From a virus, in the IMG/VR virus record IMGVR_UViG_3300030406_002001, positions 3,850 to 67,849 of that record: 64,000 bases of DNA; one strand, given 5' to 3'. Numbering within the stretch: position 1 is the stretch's first letter; each line of letters begins with the position of its first letter. Of this stretch, positions 38,471-49,376 are shown one piece after another. The notes under the pieces were generated by a model. That model worked only from the letters and a program-made list of their open reading frames with translations. It was not told the origin of the DNA and did no database searches. The translations under genes and the position numbers were made by a program.

Positions 38471-40865
38471 TTATCAACCTTTGTGTTTCTTTTTTTCTAC
38501 GCCTTAACTCTTCAAAGTATTTATCTTCATCTATCTGTTTTGCTAACCTTTCAATCTTTTCTTTATGATTTTTAAGATTAGATTTTTTTTGCATATGTTC
38601 TTTACTTATTTCATATTTTAAATTTTCTTTTAACATTTCATGTTGCTGACCATATCTTTTGTATAAACCGTTTAGTGTATCATAAATTTCTTTAGGCTTA
38701 AATATAAGCATCTCACCTGCTAAATTATTAAATATTTCTATTCTGCCTCCTTTATCATATCCTAATAAATATGTTGGAAATTGTACTAATGTCATATTAG
38801 CACCTAATTTTTCTCTTGGAATTAATACAATACCATTTTTTTTATTATCAAAATTTATTTTCATATTTTTGCTAGCTATAAATTTTTTATAATCATCAAA
38901 CTCTTGTGGTGCTTGTTCTTTAAGTAACTTTAATATATCCGGTTGTAAATATTCTGTGTTTTTACTACCATCTTCATTTGTTAATCCATATGATATTTCG
39001 GGTGGAAATATAGCATAAACATCTTCTGTTGCATCAAAAAACGCATCTGTTGTCATAACACTTTCAGAATATCCCATTGTAGTTGTGCCATAGGCTCCAT
39101 TCATAAGATGTGCTAATCGTTCTGCTGTATAAGATGCTACATACTCCGATGTAATTTTTTCTTCTTGTGGATTATTTTTAATTCTTAAATCATCTGTTAC
39201 TATTTGTTCGATTAAATCAAAAAAATAAGCATCATGTATAGCATCACCAGAAATATCTGTTAAATATGCTGTTATACCTTTTTGTATTTCTTCTTCAATT
39301 TCTTTTACACTTTGGTCAGATTTTACACCTAATTCACTAATTGGTGTAGCTTTTCTTCTATCATAGGCAAGAAAATGCTCTTCTGATACTTGTCCTGTAA
39401 TATAGCTTCTATTTACTATAAATCTTAATTTTTCTTTTTCCGTGTCATTTAAATCTAAATCAAACATAGTTGCGGCACGTGCAATACTTGGAAACGTGTA
39501 TTTTCCATTATTTTTATATGACATTTGTGTTTCAAACATACCTGTAACTATTGTTTCTATAACTGGTATAACTCTGGGATTACCAAATTCTAAATCATCT
39601 TTAAATTGTTTTTTCATTCGTGGTGTAACTGTGCCAAATCTTTTTAAAAATTTTACAGTATCTTGTGCAATATCATATTGAAATCCTTCTGGAAATAATC
39701 GATTTCTTAATTCTTGATTATCATCAAACTCTCGCAAATCTGTGCTATCTAAAAACGAACTTTTATTAAGACTATAATTATCTTCATGTTCTAAAAAACT
39801 ATACAATGTTGTTTGTTCAGTAGTTTCACTTGCTAAATATGTTATGCGTTTATTTATTGTACTTTCTAATTCACCTCTATCAGACGCATCTAATCCACCC
39901 AAACTATCAAAGAAACCTTGTTTAGTAATAGATATTTTATTACCATCTCCTGCTACTAACTCTACTTTTGGATTACCAACACCAATTAATAGTTTTTTTA
40001 TTTCATTTAAATTATTTAGTAGAATCATATTACCTTGTGCTGTATTTTCTGTATCATTTGGAGATGACAAATAATCAGAGAATGTTCTATAAAATTTTCC
40101 ATGTTTTATTGCAGACTCTATAACATCTTGTCCTTTGATTGCAATATCATCACTTACAAGAGAATATGTTTCTATTACATCACGTAACATATTAATTTTT
40201 TCATCCATGTTGTTGTATAAACCATTAATCCCATAATCTTGTATTTCTGTAAATAATTCATCTATCTGTTTATTACCCTCATATGTTTTTTTCTTATCAA
40301 TAAAATTATTATAGTTAGCGGCAACAGTTCTTTCATTTTGTGTTTGTAGGTTTTGTAAATCTGGTTCAAGAACTTTTGTAAACTTGCTTGGTAAATTTTT
40401 AACAAGTTCATCAAGCATAACACTACTACGACCTATATATTGTTGTGGATTTTGATTTTTACGTAAAACATCTGCTTGTATTCGACTTGTAATTTCTCTA
40501 GCATCTGCCATAACATTATTTTGTAATTCCATAAATACTGTTTTGTCATATGCTTCTTGATTTCTATTAAATAAAAATAAAGGTTCTTTTATTTTGTTAT
40601 ATGTTTTTTGAACGTATTTATTACCATCTTCATCTGTTATTTCTTTTTCATCTACATCAAACTCTAATTGTTCACTTAATCTTTTTTGTTTAGCTGACTC
40701 AACAGACATAGCACCTTTCATAAGTGAATCAGAAAGATTGTCTAGTGTTTTACTCCATTGTGCTTGTGTTTCTTTAGATTTAGCTATTGCAGTATTATAT
40801 CCAAAACCACTTGTTACCTGTATTTGGTTTGCATAATCTACATAGTCTTTTGCTTTTTTAACCAT
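38460..40865 (-). CDS. Internal virion protein (gp15-position)
   Basis: About 800-aa helical protein, synteny. Confidence 0.65.
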   Translation of the reverse strand: MVKKAKDYVDYANQIQVTSGFGYNTAIAKSKETQAQWSKTLDNLSDSLMKGAMSVESAKQKRLSEQLEFDVDEKEITDEDGNKYVQKTYNKIKEPLFLFNRNQEAYDKTVFMELQNNVMADAREITSRIQADVLRKNQNPQQYIGRSSVMLDELVKNLPSKFTKVLEPDLQNLQTQNERTVAANYNNFIDKKKTYEGNKQIDELFTEIQDYGINGLYNNMDEKINMLRDVIETYSLVSDDIAIKGQDVIESAIKHGKFYRTFSDYLSSPNDTENTAQGNMILLNNLNEIKKLLIGVGNPKVELVAGDGNKISITKQGFFDSLGGLDASDRGELESTINKRITYLASETTEQTTLYSFLEHEDNYSLNKSSFLDSTDLREFDDNQELRNRLFPEGFQYDIAQDTVKFLKRFGTVTPRMKKQFKDDLEFGNPRVIPVIETIVTGMFETQMSYKNNGKYTFPSIARAATMFDLDLNDTEKEKLRFIVNRSYITGQVSEEHFLAYDRRKATPISELGVKSDQSVKEIEEEIQKGITAYLTDISGDAIHDAYFFDLIEQIVTDDLRIKNNPQEEKITSEYVASYTAERLAHLMNGAYGTTTMGYSESVMTTDAFFDATEDVYAIFPPEISYGLTNEDGSKNTEYLQPDILKLLKEQAPQEFDDYKKFIASKNMKINFDNKKNGIVLIPREKLGANMTLVQFPTYLLGYDKGGRIEIFNNLAGEMLIFKPKEIYDTLNGLYKRYGQQHEMLKENLKYEISKEHMQKKSNLKNHKEKIERLAKQIDEDKYFEELRRRKKETQRLINEN

Positions 40866-41379
40866 CAAAAACCTTATTCCAATTTATATCTGCACTTGCA
40901 AATGAACCAAAAGCATTAGCTACAGAATTTGTTGTTACTGCACTACGAGAACTTTTATATGCTTGACGACTGGCATCTTGTGCAATTCTAGTTTGTTGCA
41001 CACCATATAAAGCATTTAATTGTCGTTCTGTTCCCATAAGTCGTATATTTCGAATATCTCTTTTTTTTGCTTTTTTATTGGCGGCAAAAAATGCACCATA
41101 ACTAGGACTATCTAAGTCTATATCTGTTCCAGAGAATGTACTTCTATTTTGCTCATATTCTTCTGCGGCAATTCTTTTTCTTTCTGTTATTCTTTGACGC
41201 ATAGCAAGTGCTTCACCCTCTGCTATCTGTTCTTGTTGACGCTGTTGTATAGCAAGTTTTTGTTGCTCCATCTGTTGTTGATAAGCCATAGCTTTTTTTT
41301 GCTGTTGAGCTTGATACAATGATGTTGCTGTTGAACCAATTGCTAATGCTATTGTTACTCCTAAAGTTGCATCACACAT
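40858..41379 (-). CDS. Internal virion protein (gp14-like)
   Basis: MCD start, hydrophobic helix, Gln-rich coil. Confidence 0.7.
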   Translation of the reverse strand: MCDATLGVTIALAIGSTATSLYQAQQQKKAMAYQQQMEQQKLAIQQRQQEQIAEGEALAMRQRITERKRIAAEEYEQNRSTFSGTDIDLDSPSYGAFFAANKKAKKRDIRNIRLMGTERQLNALYGVQQTRIAQDASRQAYKSSRSAVTTNSVANAFGSFASADINWNKVFDG

Positions 41380-44012
41380 TAAAAATATACCTCTGAAGTT
41401 ATTGACACTATTCTAAATGGAACAGGTATTGATTGTCTTATTTGTATATTAGGTTCTGTACTATATCCAAGTGCATATATTTCTTTTTTTCCTGTAAAAC
41501 TAACTAAACTACTACTTGTAGATATACCATTATTTAACAAGACATCATTTCCATTAAGTTGTAAATTATATGTTTTATTTAATTCTAACACAGTTTTACC
41601 TATTTTTTTTGGCATCCCATATACAGAACCAAGTCCTCTTACTGCTTGTGTACTTTCTATAGGTAATGTATCTATTTCTACAGTATAATTCAATCCAATA
41701 TCACAAGCACTTGCAGGTTGGTCAAACTGTACAATACCAGAAGAATTAACAACACCACTTCCAAAATAATTTATATCACCATCTTCTGAAGAACCAGATG
41801 TTGCGTGAACTGTTTTACCAATCAAATTTGGATTACTATTTAATCCACTCCATGTTTTACTTGTAACAAATACAAGAGTCACATTATCACTCTGACTTGC
41901 ATTTGCATCTAATGTAAGTATGTATTCATTTGTATTACCTGTAGGATTAACACTTTGTATAGTATAAACTGTAGCTGTTCCTGTAAATGTAAAGGTTTCT
42001 CCTGCACTTGGCTTTGTTGTGCAGTCATCAATAGTTACTTGTTTAGAATTTGATATAGTTCCATTTACCTTTGGTGTGCCATATGGAATATAACTTGCTG
42101 ATAATGTTTTTGTAACAGAAGCATCAGTTGGTACTGCAAATACAGAGTTTGCAAACTGTTCTAAATAATAAACAGTACTGCCATTTATTGTTCTTTTTAC
42201 TGCAACATAATAAAAATCTGTTGTAGCTGTTGCCGACTCAAATAAACCATCGGTTGTATAAAGAACCCATCCTGCTATTTTTTCTTGTTTATGCGCAGAA
42301 AAAATTGCTAACGTACCATCATCATTTACAAACAACATAAATTGTTCTGTTCGAGTACCAGACTTACGTATTATTGCATTATCTTGTGGATTTGATAATG
42401 CTTGTGGTGATAAAAACGTCAGAACTAGAGGCTGATATTCCTCTGCCGCAGTATTAAAAAAATATTCTCTTGCTGTTTTTCCATTTGGTTGAACAAATAT
42501 TGCCGCACCATCAAACATTTTTGGCATACACGTTTGTGTTACACCTAAATTACTTTGTCTTTTTATTTGCAAATCTGTTGGTGTAAGTGGTTTACCTACC
42601 TGTGGCTTTAAAAAAAATTCACCTGTGCTTGTAAATATTTCTAAATTTTTCCCAGAAACTAAATGACGAACATCATTTATTTGGTCAGACGAAATAGAAA
42701 TTTGTATAGAATCTGTATCTTCTGCTTCACCTACATCAAAATTAAAAAAATCTGCTGTCCTTGAACCTGCAATAAAATCTGGTAATGCTGTGCCTCCTGC
42801 AAAAAATAATCTCTGCTGATGAAATCTACCAGTTTTTGGAAATCCATTTGTTGCAGAGTATACTTGCTCATCCCAACTTCGTGTTGGTGGGTGTCCAACA
42901 ATTGTAACGCTAACACCACCTCCATCTTGAGAGTCTTGTGCTGTATCACTACTACCTGCTGTAAACTCATAGTGATTATCATCAACAACTGTTATAGTTC
43001 TTTCTCCATTAAGATTTGTTTGAGCCAGACCATTACCATCATCATTAAAAATATCTTCTGCACCCTCAATAGTTATACTTGCACCTGTAGTAAAACCATG
43101 TGCTATGTGTGTTACTTTTACTACTCCAGAACCTTCCTTTGTTGCAAAAGGGTCATCATCTAACTCAATACTTACGTCTTTCTGAAGTGTTCCTAATACT
43201 GTTGTTTCATTTGTATATTCAGATATAAGTATTTCAGAACCATGATATCGGATACGTGTACCAACATAATTTGATGCAAAGTAATTTACACTTGTTGTTG
43301 CTATAACAAAAGAATCTACTGTGCCTGTCCCACTTGATGATGTGCCATCACCTGTTGCTGTAAATTGAACACCTACTGTATTTGCTGATGCACCAAGTGC
43401 TGTAAAATCTGTCGTACCTACAGTTTTTATTTTATATGTTGTGCCTGTAACTATGTTTTCTGCTGTTATATCTACAGCACTTTTTGCTGTTGAATCTATA
43501 TCTAATGTAATTTCATCATCTGCAAATTTAAAATATGGTTGAAATCTTTGTTCACCATTAACAGAATCTTTAAATTCAAAATCTGTTCTTGTAAATGTCG
43601 TTGCACCTGTTCTTTTTAAAACTTGTTGTACAAATGCCTCATGACATACAATCATTGTATCAGCTTGTTGTGTAATTGTTAACTCAAACAAGTGTGAAGT
43701 TTGCCACGGACAACCTGTTATAGTTTGTAATAATGTACCATTTGTTGAATAAATTTTTAAAACTGTATTTTGAAAAGCAAATATATATTCTTGTGATTCA
43801 TTAAATATAAATGCTTCTAATCTTGATTGTGCTCCTAAGTCTGCTCTAAATAATGTTCCTGCTCTTCTTTCAATCGGGCCTTGATTAAGTGGGAATACAT
43901 TTCTTGCTTTTTTTAAACCTTGTACAAATGAACCTAAATCTGTTCTTGCAATAACAGTTTCATCTAATTCACCTCTTTGAAATCCGTTTTGATGTACTCT
44001 TGTAACTGGCAT
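41379..44012 (-). CDS. Tail tubular protein B / nozzle
   Basis: QNGFQRGELD, GFP...FHQQRLFF, IAGW. Confidence 0.88.
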   Translation of the reverse strand: MPVTRVHQNGFQRGELDETVIARTDLGSFVQGLKKARNVFPLNQGPIERRAGTLFRADLGAQSRLEAFIFNESQEYIFAFQNTVLKIYSTNGTLLQTITGCPWQTSHLFELTITQQADTMIVCHEAFVQQVLKRTGATTFTRTDFEFKDSVNGEQRFQPYFKFADDEITLDIDSTAKSAVDITAENIVTGTTYKIKTVGTTDFTALGASANTVGVQFTATGDGTSSSGTGTVDSFVIATTSVNYFASNYVGTRIRYHGSEILISEYTNETTVLGTLQKDVSIELDDDPFATKEGSGVVKVTHIAHGFTTGASITIEGAEDIFNDDGNGLAQTNLNGERTITVVDDNHYEFTAGSSDTAQDSQDGGGVSVTIVGHPPTRSWDEQVYSATNGFPKTGRFHQQRLFFAGGTALPDFIAGSRTADFFNFDVGEAEDTDSIQISISSDQINDVRHLVSGKNLEIFTSTGEFFLKPQVGKPLTPTDLQIKRQSNLGVTQTCMPKMFDGAAIFVQPNGKTAREYFFNTAAEEYQPLVLTFLSPQALSNPQDNAIIRKSGTRTEQFMLFVNDDGTLAIFSAHKQEKIAGWVLYTTDGLFESATATTDFYYVAVKRTINGSTVYYLEQFANSVFAVPTDASVTKTLSASYIPYGTPKVNGTISNSKQVTIDDCTTKPSAGETFTFTGTATVYTIQSVNPTGNTNEYILTLDANASQSDNVTLVFVTSKTWSGLNSNPNLIGKTVHATSGSSEDGDINYFGSGVVNSSGIVQFDQPASACDIGLNYTVEIDTLPIESTQAVRGLGSVYGMPKKIGKTVLELNKTYNLQLNGNDVLLNNGISTSSSLVSFTGKKEIYALGYSTEPNIQIRQSIPVPFRIVSITSEVYF

Positions 44013-44013
44013 A

Positions 44014-44631
44014 TTATGACGAAGATGGAACTACAGCTGTAATGCCATTCAACGCTCCTCTTTGTCTTACTTCTATTAACAAACTACTTCTTAGTTTTCT
44101 TGTTGTTTGGGTTTGTGATTCTGTTGCTCGTGCAACCTGTAATTGTAGTAATGCTCTTTTTTGATATAAAACAGACAGATTGTCATTTCTTGCTATAGCA
44201 CCTGCAAATAATGATGCTAATTCAAACTTAAGTATTTCAGTAAAATATGGTGGCATATCATTTTCATGTGGTCTAAATGTATAATCACATACTACTGTAT
44301 CTGCTGTAGATGTATTTGTAAAAATAAAATCACCATATCTATCAAATACAATAACATTATCGCTTACTGTACACGTATGTATAAGTATTGCATCTGCAGG
44401 TATTGCATATGAAGATTCAAATCTATCTAACGGGTCTACTGTACTTTTAGATAATACTGCTTGTTTACTTGCAAATCTCCATCTTGCTCGAGTTAAATGT
44501 CCTTTAAGTGTTGATTCATAAAGCTGATTTGCTACTTGACTTTCAGTTGTATTGTCAGTAAATGACGCAATTGTATTTGCTCCAACTAAAATTAGTGCTT
44601 GATTACATATGTCTATATTTGTTACTGCCAT
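44014..44631 (-). CDS. Tail tubular protein A / adaptor
   Basis: IDICNQALILVGA, RWRFA, MPPYF. Confidence 0.88.
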   Translation of the reverse strand: MAVTNIDICNQALILVGANTIASFTDNTTESQVANQLYESTLKGHLTRARWRFASKQAVLSKSTVDPLDRFESSYAIPADAILIHTCTVSDNVIVFDRYGDFIFTNTSTADTVVCDYTFRPHENDMPPYFTEILKFELASLFAGAIARNDNLSVLYQKRALLQLQVARATESQTQTTRKLRSSLLIEVRQRGALNGITAVVPSSS

Positions 44632-44634
44632 ATT

Positions 44635-44660
44635 AAAATAAAGGGGGTGTTACCACCCCC
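44635..44660 (-). terminator. Intrinsic terminator after capsid genes
   Basis: GGGGGTG-GTAA-CACCCCC-TTTATTTT. Confidence 0.75.
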
Positions 44661-44665
44661 AATAC

Positions 44666-44914
44666 TTATGTTCCGTTGGTTGTTGTTACGGTTGTAGCTC
44701 TACTTGCAGAAGTTACAACTAACATATCAACTGTTCTTGTACCTCCTGTAGCACCAACTACTAAAATAATATCATTTTGCATTAAGCCATTCGTCATATC
44801 ATTAAAGTAGCCAGAACCTGCTATTGTACCAACAGCCTCAGTAGAATGGTATAACCAAAGATTTTGGTCACCTGCTCCACTGATTTTCTTAAAATTAGCT
44901 TTAATTAATGCCAT
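44666..44914 (-). CDS. Small capsid-associated protein
   Basis: 82 aa directly after MCP, AGGAG RBS. Confidence 0.6.
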   Translation of the reverse strand: MALIKANFKKISGAGDQNLWLYHSTEAVGTIAGSGYFNDMTNGLMQNDIILVVGATGGTRTVDMLVVTSASRATTVTTTNGT

Positions 44915-44923
44915 CAGTATCTC

Positions 44924-45748
44924 CTATTCTTGTATTATACATTGAATCATACCTTCACCATCAATCTCAACTGCACCCATACTCATGTAAGATGTAATTA
45001 AGTTTGAAACTTTTTCCGGTATGTAGTTAACTTCAGTTCTAATATCAGAACCCATAGCAAGACCAACTGCTGATTTATGATAGGCATGACAATCTCTGTT
45101 ACTTCCAGAAAGTGTCAATCCAGAATGTGTAAACCACATAAAGCCTAACCATCTCTTTGCAGTAAGACCACCTGCATAAGGTAAATCATTCTCGCCTACA
45201 TATTCTGCTCTTGAGAACTGGTCTATTGTTAGTAAGTCTGCCCAACCTGCAGATGATACAACAAAATATCTTTGTCCATCATCTGGAATATCTCCTGCAC
45301 CAAATGCTTCATAAACAGTTAATGCTTTAGCCAAAGTAAGACCCTGACTATTATGTGCTACATTATTACTGTTTGTACCTGCATCTAATATATCGATAAT
45401 TAGTTGGTCAGTTTTTCTACCTAGTGCAGAAGCCGCACTTTGAGAAAGAACTTGTCTTTCATCAATGTTTGTTTTCAACTCATCTAGTCTATCGACATAA
45501 TCTGCCGCATAGAAATCTGATAGAGATACTTCTACATTATTGTGAGTAATTTCCATAGTTGGAACATTAGCGTGTCTACTTTTTTCAGTAGCAGAGCCTT
45601 TACCCACTTTTTGGAATCTCGCTTGAGAACCCTTAACATTATTAAGCGTTCTGACAGTATTCTTTAATTTTGAGCCCATACGCTGATAAGCCATGTGGAC
45701 TTCACTCTCAAATTGCTTAATAAATGCAGTTGTAATGGAAGTTGCCAT
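44924..45748 (-). CDS. Major capsid protein (BPP-1-like)
   Basis: ITTAFIKQFESEVHMAYQRMGSKL, ALGRKTDQLI. Confidence 0.92.
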   Translation of the reverse strand: MATSITTAFIKQFESEVHMAYQRMGSKLKNTVRTLNNVKGSQARFQKVGKGSATEKSRHANVPTMEITHNNVEVSLSDFYAADYVDRLDELKTNIDERQVLSQSAASALGRKTDQLIIDILDAGTNSNNVAHNSQGLTLAKALTVYEAFGAGDIPDDGQRYFVVSSAGWADLLTIDQFSRAEYVGENDLPYAGGLTAKRWLGFMWFTHSGLTLSGSNRDCHAYHKSAVGLAMGSDIRTEVNYIPEKVSNLITSYMSMGAVEIDGEGMIQCIIQE

Positions 45749-45785
45749 TATATACTCCTTTATTAGTTACTATTAAACAAATTTC

Positions 45786-45851
45786 AAGTTATCCATTTTT
45801 ATTCTTTTGGGTTGCCCAATAACGTGGGCCCAAATGTTTAAGAATGGGCTT
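45786..45851 (-). promoter_or_regulatory. Structured MCP leader with two nested CCC...GG-RYAA motifs
   Basis: AAG-CCC-ATT...AAT-GG-ATAA-CTT enclosing TTTGGG-CCC-ACGTTATT-GG-GCAA-CCCAAA. Confidence 0.65.
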
Positions 45852-46331
45852 TACTCCTCTAAAAACCTTTATATTAGGTTTTTTATAAAAGTATAACATT
45901 TTTTGACCTTTGACAAGTACTGGTGTGTTTTTAAATGTAAATCCTAAAAATTTTAACCATCTTATTGTTTTTGTTTGTTCAAAAGAACAGGTGTTAAACA
46001 AATATGTAAAGTGCTCTTCAACATATCTAACAAAGATAATATTACCTTTACAAAATTTTACAAAGTTAGTAAAAGGCTCTTCTGTTGATAAGAACCAAAT
46101 TTTTCCTGTTGTTTGATGTTTGTAGATTGGGCACACTCCCCACATAGCAATAACTTGATGTTTATTATTAAATAATGAAAAAGTAATTGTATTTTTTTTA
46201 TAATTTCGAAATGGATATAGTAATGCTCTTAACGGGTCATAACCCAAAGATGCTATTTCATATTTATCAAGTTGCTTTAGTTTTGGTGCTAACTCATAGC
46301 AATCGTCTGGAATTGCTATATCCATATACAT
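45789..46331 (-). CDS. T7 gp13-like GNAT-fold virion assembly protein
   Basis: VIAMWGV, GKIWFL, TIRWLKFLGF. Confidence 0.7.
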   Translation of the reverse strand: MYMDIAIPDDCYELAPKLKQLDKYEIASLGYDPLRALLYPFRNYKKNTITFSLFNNKHQVIAMWGVCPIYKHQTTGKIWFLSTEEPFTNFVKFCKGNIIFVRYVEEHFTYLFNTCSFEQTKTIRWLKFLGFTFKNTPVLVKGQKMLYFYKKPNIKVFRGVKPILKHLGPRYWATQKNKNG

Positions 46332-47116
46332 TATCTGTATAGTCTATTAAACGCATCATCAACTTTTTTTACATAACTGTCATCTCTATGTCGTGAATCA
46401 TAGTATCGTGGGTCTTTCATCATACTCCTTACTTCATTAAGTGTTAGTTGATTAACAGGTCTAGCAGAAGGCTGTTTACCACTTATATTATTTTTTGTTA
46501 ATTCAATAATACTTTCTAATACCTCTATGCCTTGTGCAGTTCGTGTAAGTGTTGAATTATCGATTAGGTCTGCTTGTTCTGGTGAAAGATTTGTATCTAA
46601 AAAATTATAAACAGCATCCAAACGTGCATCAACATTTTCACCAAGTGCTTCTATTTCTTTTTCTTCATCTGGTTGACTACTTTGTATCATGTCAACATAT
46701 TTATTTATACCTTCTTGAAACATATCATTATCATAGGCATTTTCATCACAATGATTTTGCCACCATTCCATCATAGGATTTGATAATACCATTTCTTCAG
46801 TTATAGTTTCTGGTAAAGCAGGTAACGTATATTCTTCTGGTTTTTCAGACATTGCTTCTTCTGATAACTCATTAATTAACTCTTCTCTAAATTCTTCTTT
46901 TTTTCCTCCAACAAATTTTTCTAGTTCTGTATACCCTTTTTCTAACTCCTCATGTGTATTAAACTTTCCTAATATTTTTGGTGTAGCTATTTCTTCTGTA
47001 GGTTCTGCAGTAGTTTCATTTGTTTCACGTGGAACATTCTCATTTACTAGCTGTGTTTGTTCCTGCGTTTCTTCAACTATTTGTTGTTCTTCCGCTTGAT
47101 TTTCATCATTTGACAT
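46331..47116 (-). CDS. Capsid scaffolding protein
   Basis: Acidic, LEKGYTELEK, MMKDPRY. Confidence 0.82.
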   Translation of the reverse strand: MSNDENQAEEQQIVEETQEQTQLVNENVPRETNETTAEPTEEIATPKILGKFNTHEELEKGYTELEKFVGGKKEEFREELINELSEEAMSEKPEEYTLPALPETITEEMVLSNPMMEWWQNHCDENAYDNDMFQEGINKYVDMIQSSQPDEEKEIEALGENVDARLDAVYNFLDTNLSPEQADLIDNSTLTRTAQGIEVLESIIELTKNNISGKQPSARPVNQLTLNEVRSMMKDPRYYDSRHRDDSYVKKVDDAFNRLYR

Positions 47117-47393
47117 TTAGTTTCTCCTGTACAATGTTTTGGCTTTTACCTTTATTAATTCTACGTTGTATCAATCCAACCATATATCTTTGACCCTCTA
47201 GATGACGTAATGTTGCATCTGATACTTCGCTACCTGCAACAGCTTCTATAGTAATAGATTTAAGATAATTCATTAATTTTTGTCCATTTTTTGTATTTAG
47301 AACATTTAAAAACAAACTATTTAATTCTGTTTCTTGTTCTGCAGGTCTGGTATAATTATCTAATCCAACAAGATTATTAGAAGCGGATTTCAT
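47106..47393 (-). CDS. Bbp19-like head protein
   Basis: GQKLMNYLKSITI...LRHLEGQRY. Confidence 0.72.
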   Translation of the reverse strand: MKSASNNLVGLDNYTRPAEQETELNSLFLNVLNTKNGQKLMNYLKSITIEAVAGSEVSDATLRHLEGQRYMVGLIQRRINKGKSQNIVQEKLNVK

Positions 47394-47424
47394 AGTTTAT
47401 AAATACACAAACATAGTCGTAATG

Positions 47425-49041
47425 TCAACCAGTTATACTCCGTGCACCTTTAGTAACCTCTTCTGGTGAAAAATTTCTACCTTCTTGTTGTGCTCTTTGA
47501 TTTACTAATTCTTGAATTTGTTGTGATGCTTCTGCCATTTCTTCTGGACTTCTTATTAGTTCTTCTGGAATACCTAGTTTTTTCGCTATAAACTTCGCCG
47601 CTTCATCTTGTTTTATTAAAATGTTTAATAACTGTGGCCCTACTCTTGCTTGTATTAACCCTAAGAATCTATCTAATGTTGCAACGTCTTGTTGTTGTTG
47701 TGCTTGTGCTAGTGGTGATGATGAACGAATTTTTATTTCTCTCCCATTAACTACAGGAATTGTAATGCGTCCTTGCTTTTTTAAAATATATATTACTCTT
47801 TGAAGAACAGGTGTCACTAATTCTGCTTGTAATCTACCAAACGCCGCACCTATTTGTCTTGATAAATCAGCCATACGTTCTGCAACTTCTGTTGCTGACA
47901 TAGGTGTTTTTTCATTTGGATTACCTAACATATCATTGTACAGTGCTTTTTTTATATTAGTTCGCATATCTCTTAATACTAAATCAGATACTTGAAAATT
48001 ACCTGCAGGTCTAACTGGTGTTAATCCTGTACTGCCTTGTGCTTTTGGTATAATAGTTCCGGGAATAAGTTGTATATTATCAACATTTATAACACCATCA
48101 TCTTCTACTTGATACATACCAGAGATAGCCATTTGAGCATTTTCTAAAATTAATTCTATAACTAGATTTGCAGTTTTAATTGCGGGTAGTGCCATTTGTA
48201 TTGGGCCTCGTCCATAAACTTCACCTGCTACTTTTGACCATCTATATACAACATAGGGATTTGACCCTGTGCCTTTAAATGTTTTATCTAATAATTTTTC
48301 TTCATACATTTCTGCAATTACACAAAATATATGTTCTTCTTCTTTTGTGTTTTCATAATTTCTATATACAACTTCTATAATAGAACAATCTTTATCTGGG
48401 TCTTTTTCCATATCTTTCATCATCTTGTCAGATATTTTTGCTTCGGGATAAGCAATTTGTAATTGTGAAAACTTAATTAATCGTTTTCTAAATACATGGT
48501 CTACTTGGTCATCATGTCCGCTATCTAATAAAATTTGTGGTAATGGTATAGATTTAAAACGTATAGGATGAACAGCATCTCCTTCTTCAATTAAAAGACA
48601 ACCTGTACCAACAGCACAATCTAAAAATGTTTCATGTACTTCTTGAGAAAAATTTGAGTTTTGTAAGACCTCAAATACATATTCTGTAACTGTATCAAGA
48701 TTTTGATTAACACCTTTTTGTTGGTCTTTAGGTATTTCTGAACCTGCAATTAAATCTGCCCAACGGGCAAAGTTTGGTACAATACCTGCTTGGATACGTG
48801 ATGCAAATTCTTGAACGCCAACTACTGCTGTTTCATCAAATATTCTATCATTACGACTTCTACCTATTGTTTCACTATAGAAACTTTCTCTTTGTGGCAA
48901 ACAATACTCATAACAATCTTCAAATGTCGGATTCCATTGGTCTTTAATGGCAACGGCTTTTCTATAACGTGCCATCAATTTACGTACAGGATTTGTTTCT
49001 CCTATATTTTCTACTGCCATTGGTTTATAATCTATTACCAT
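47425..49041 (-). CDS. Portal protein
   Basis: IFDETA, RWSKVAGEVYGRGP, MSATEV, SPLAQAQ. Confidence 0.95.
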   Translation of the reverse strand: MVIDYKPMAVENIGETNPVRKLMARYRKAVAIKDQWNPTFEDCYEYCLPQRESFYSETIGRSRNDRIFDETAVVGVQEFASRIQAGIVPNFARWADLIAGSEIPKDQQKGVNQNLDTVTEYVFEVLQNSNFSQEVHETFLDCAVGTGCLLIEEGDAVHPIRFKSIPLPQILLDSGHDDQVDHVFRKRLIKFSQLQIAYPEAKISDKMMKDMEKDPDKDCSIIEVVYRNYENTKEEEHIFCVIAEMYEEKLLDKTFKGTGSNPYVVYRWSKVAGEVYGRGPIQMALPAIKTANLVIELILENAQMAISGMYQVEDDGVINVDNIQLIPGTIIPKAQGSTGLTPVRPAGNFQVSDLVLRDMRTNIKKALYNDMLGNPNEKTPMSATEVAERMADLSRQIGAAFGRLQAELVTPVLQRVIYILKKQGRITIPVVNGREIKIRSSSPLAQAQQQQDVATLDRFLGLIQARVGPQLLNILIKQDEAAKFIAKKLGIPEELIRSPEEMAEASQQIQELVNQRAQQEGRNFSPEEVTKGARSITG

Positions 49042-49118
49042 TTATTTCCTACTCATTCTTCATATTCCAAAAAAAAACACATAAGCCAAAAAATAGATAT
49101 AACAATGTTACTAACAAG

Positions 49119-49376
49119 CTATACGCCAAGTGTATCCCTTGATTGCAAATCTGCAGTAACCAAGAATCCTTGACCTCCACGTCGACCTGTCAGTAATGAC
49201 CTTCTGCCACGTTGCCCTGCCACTTGTGCCACTCTATCTTGGAACTGTTCGTCCTTTAACTTACGTCTTTCAGCGAGTTCTTCTCTACGTGCCTGTGCTC
49301 TCTGACGGCGCAATGACTCATCAGGTGGCGGCGGTGGTGGTGGTGGTGGTGGTCTTGAGCCTCCTCCTACACACAT
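49119..49376 (-). CDS. Small polyproline virion-associated protein
   Basis: MCVGGG start, poly-Pro, RSLLTG, TLGV end. Confidence 0.65.
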   Translation of the reverse strand: MCVGGGSRPPPPPPPPPPDESLRRQRAQARREELAERRKLKDEQFQDRVAQVAGQRGRRSLLTGRRGGQGFLVTADLQSRDTLGV

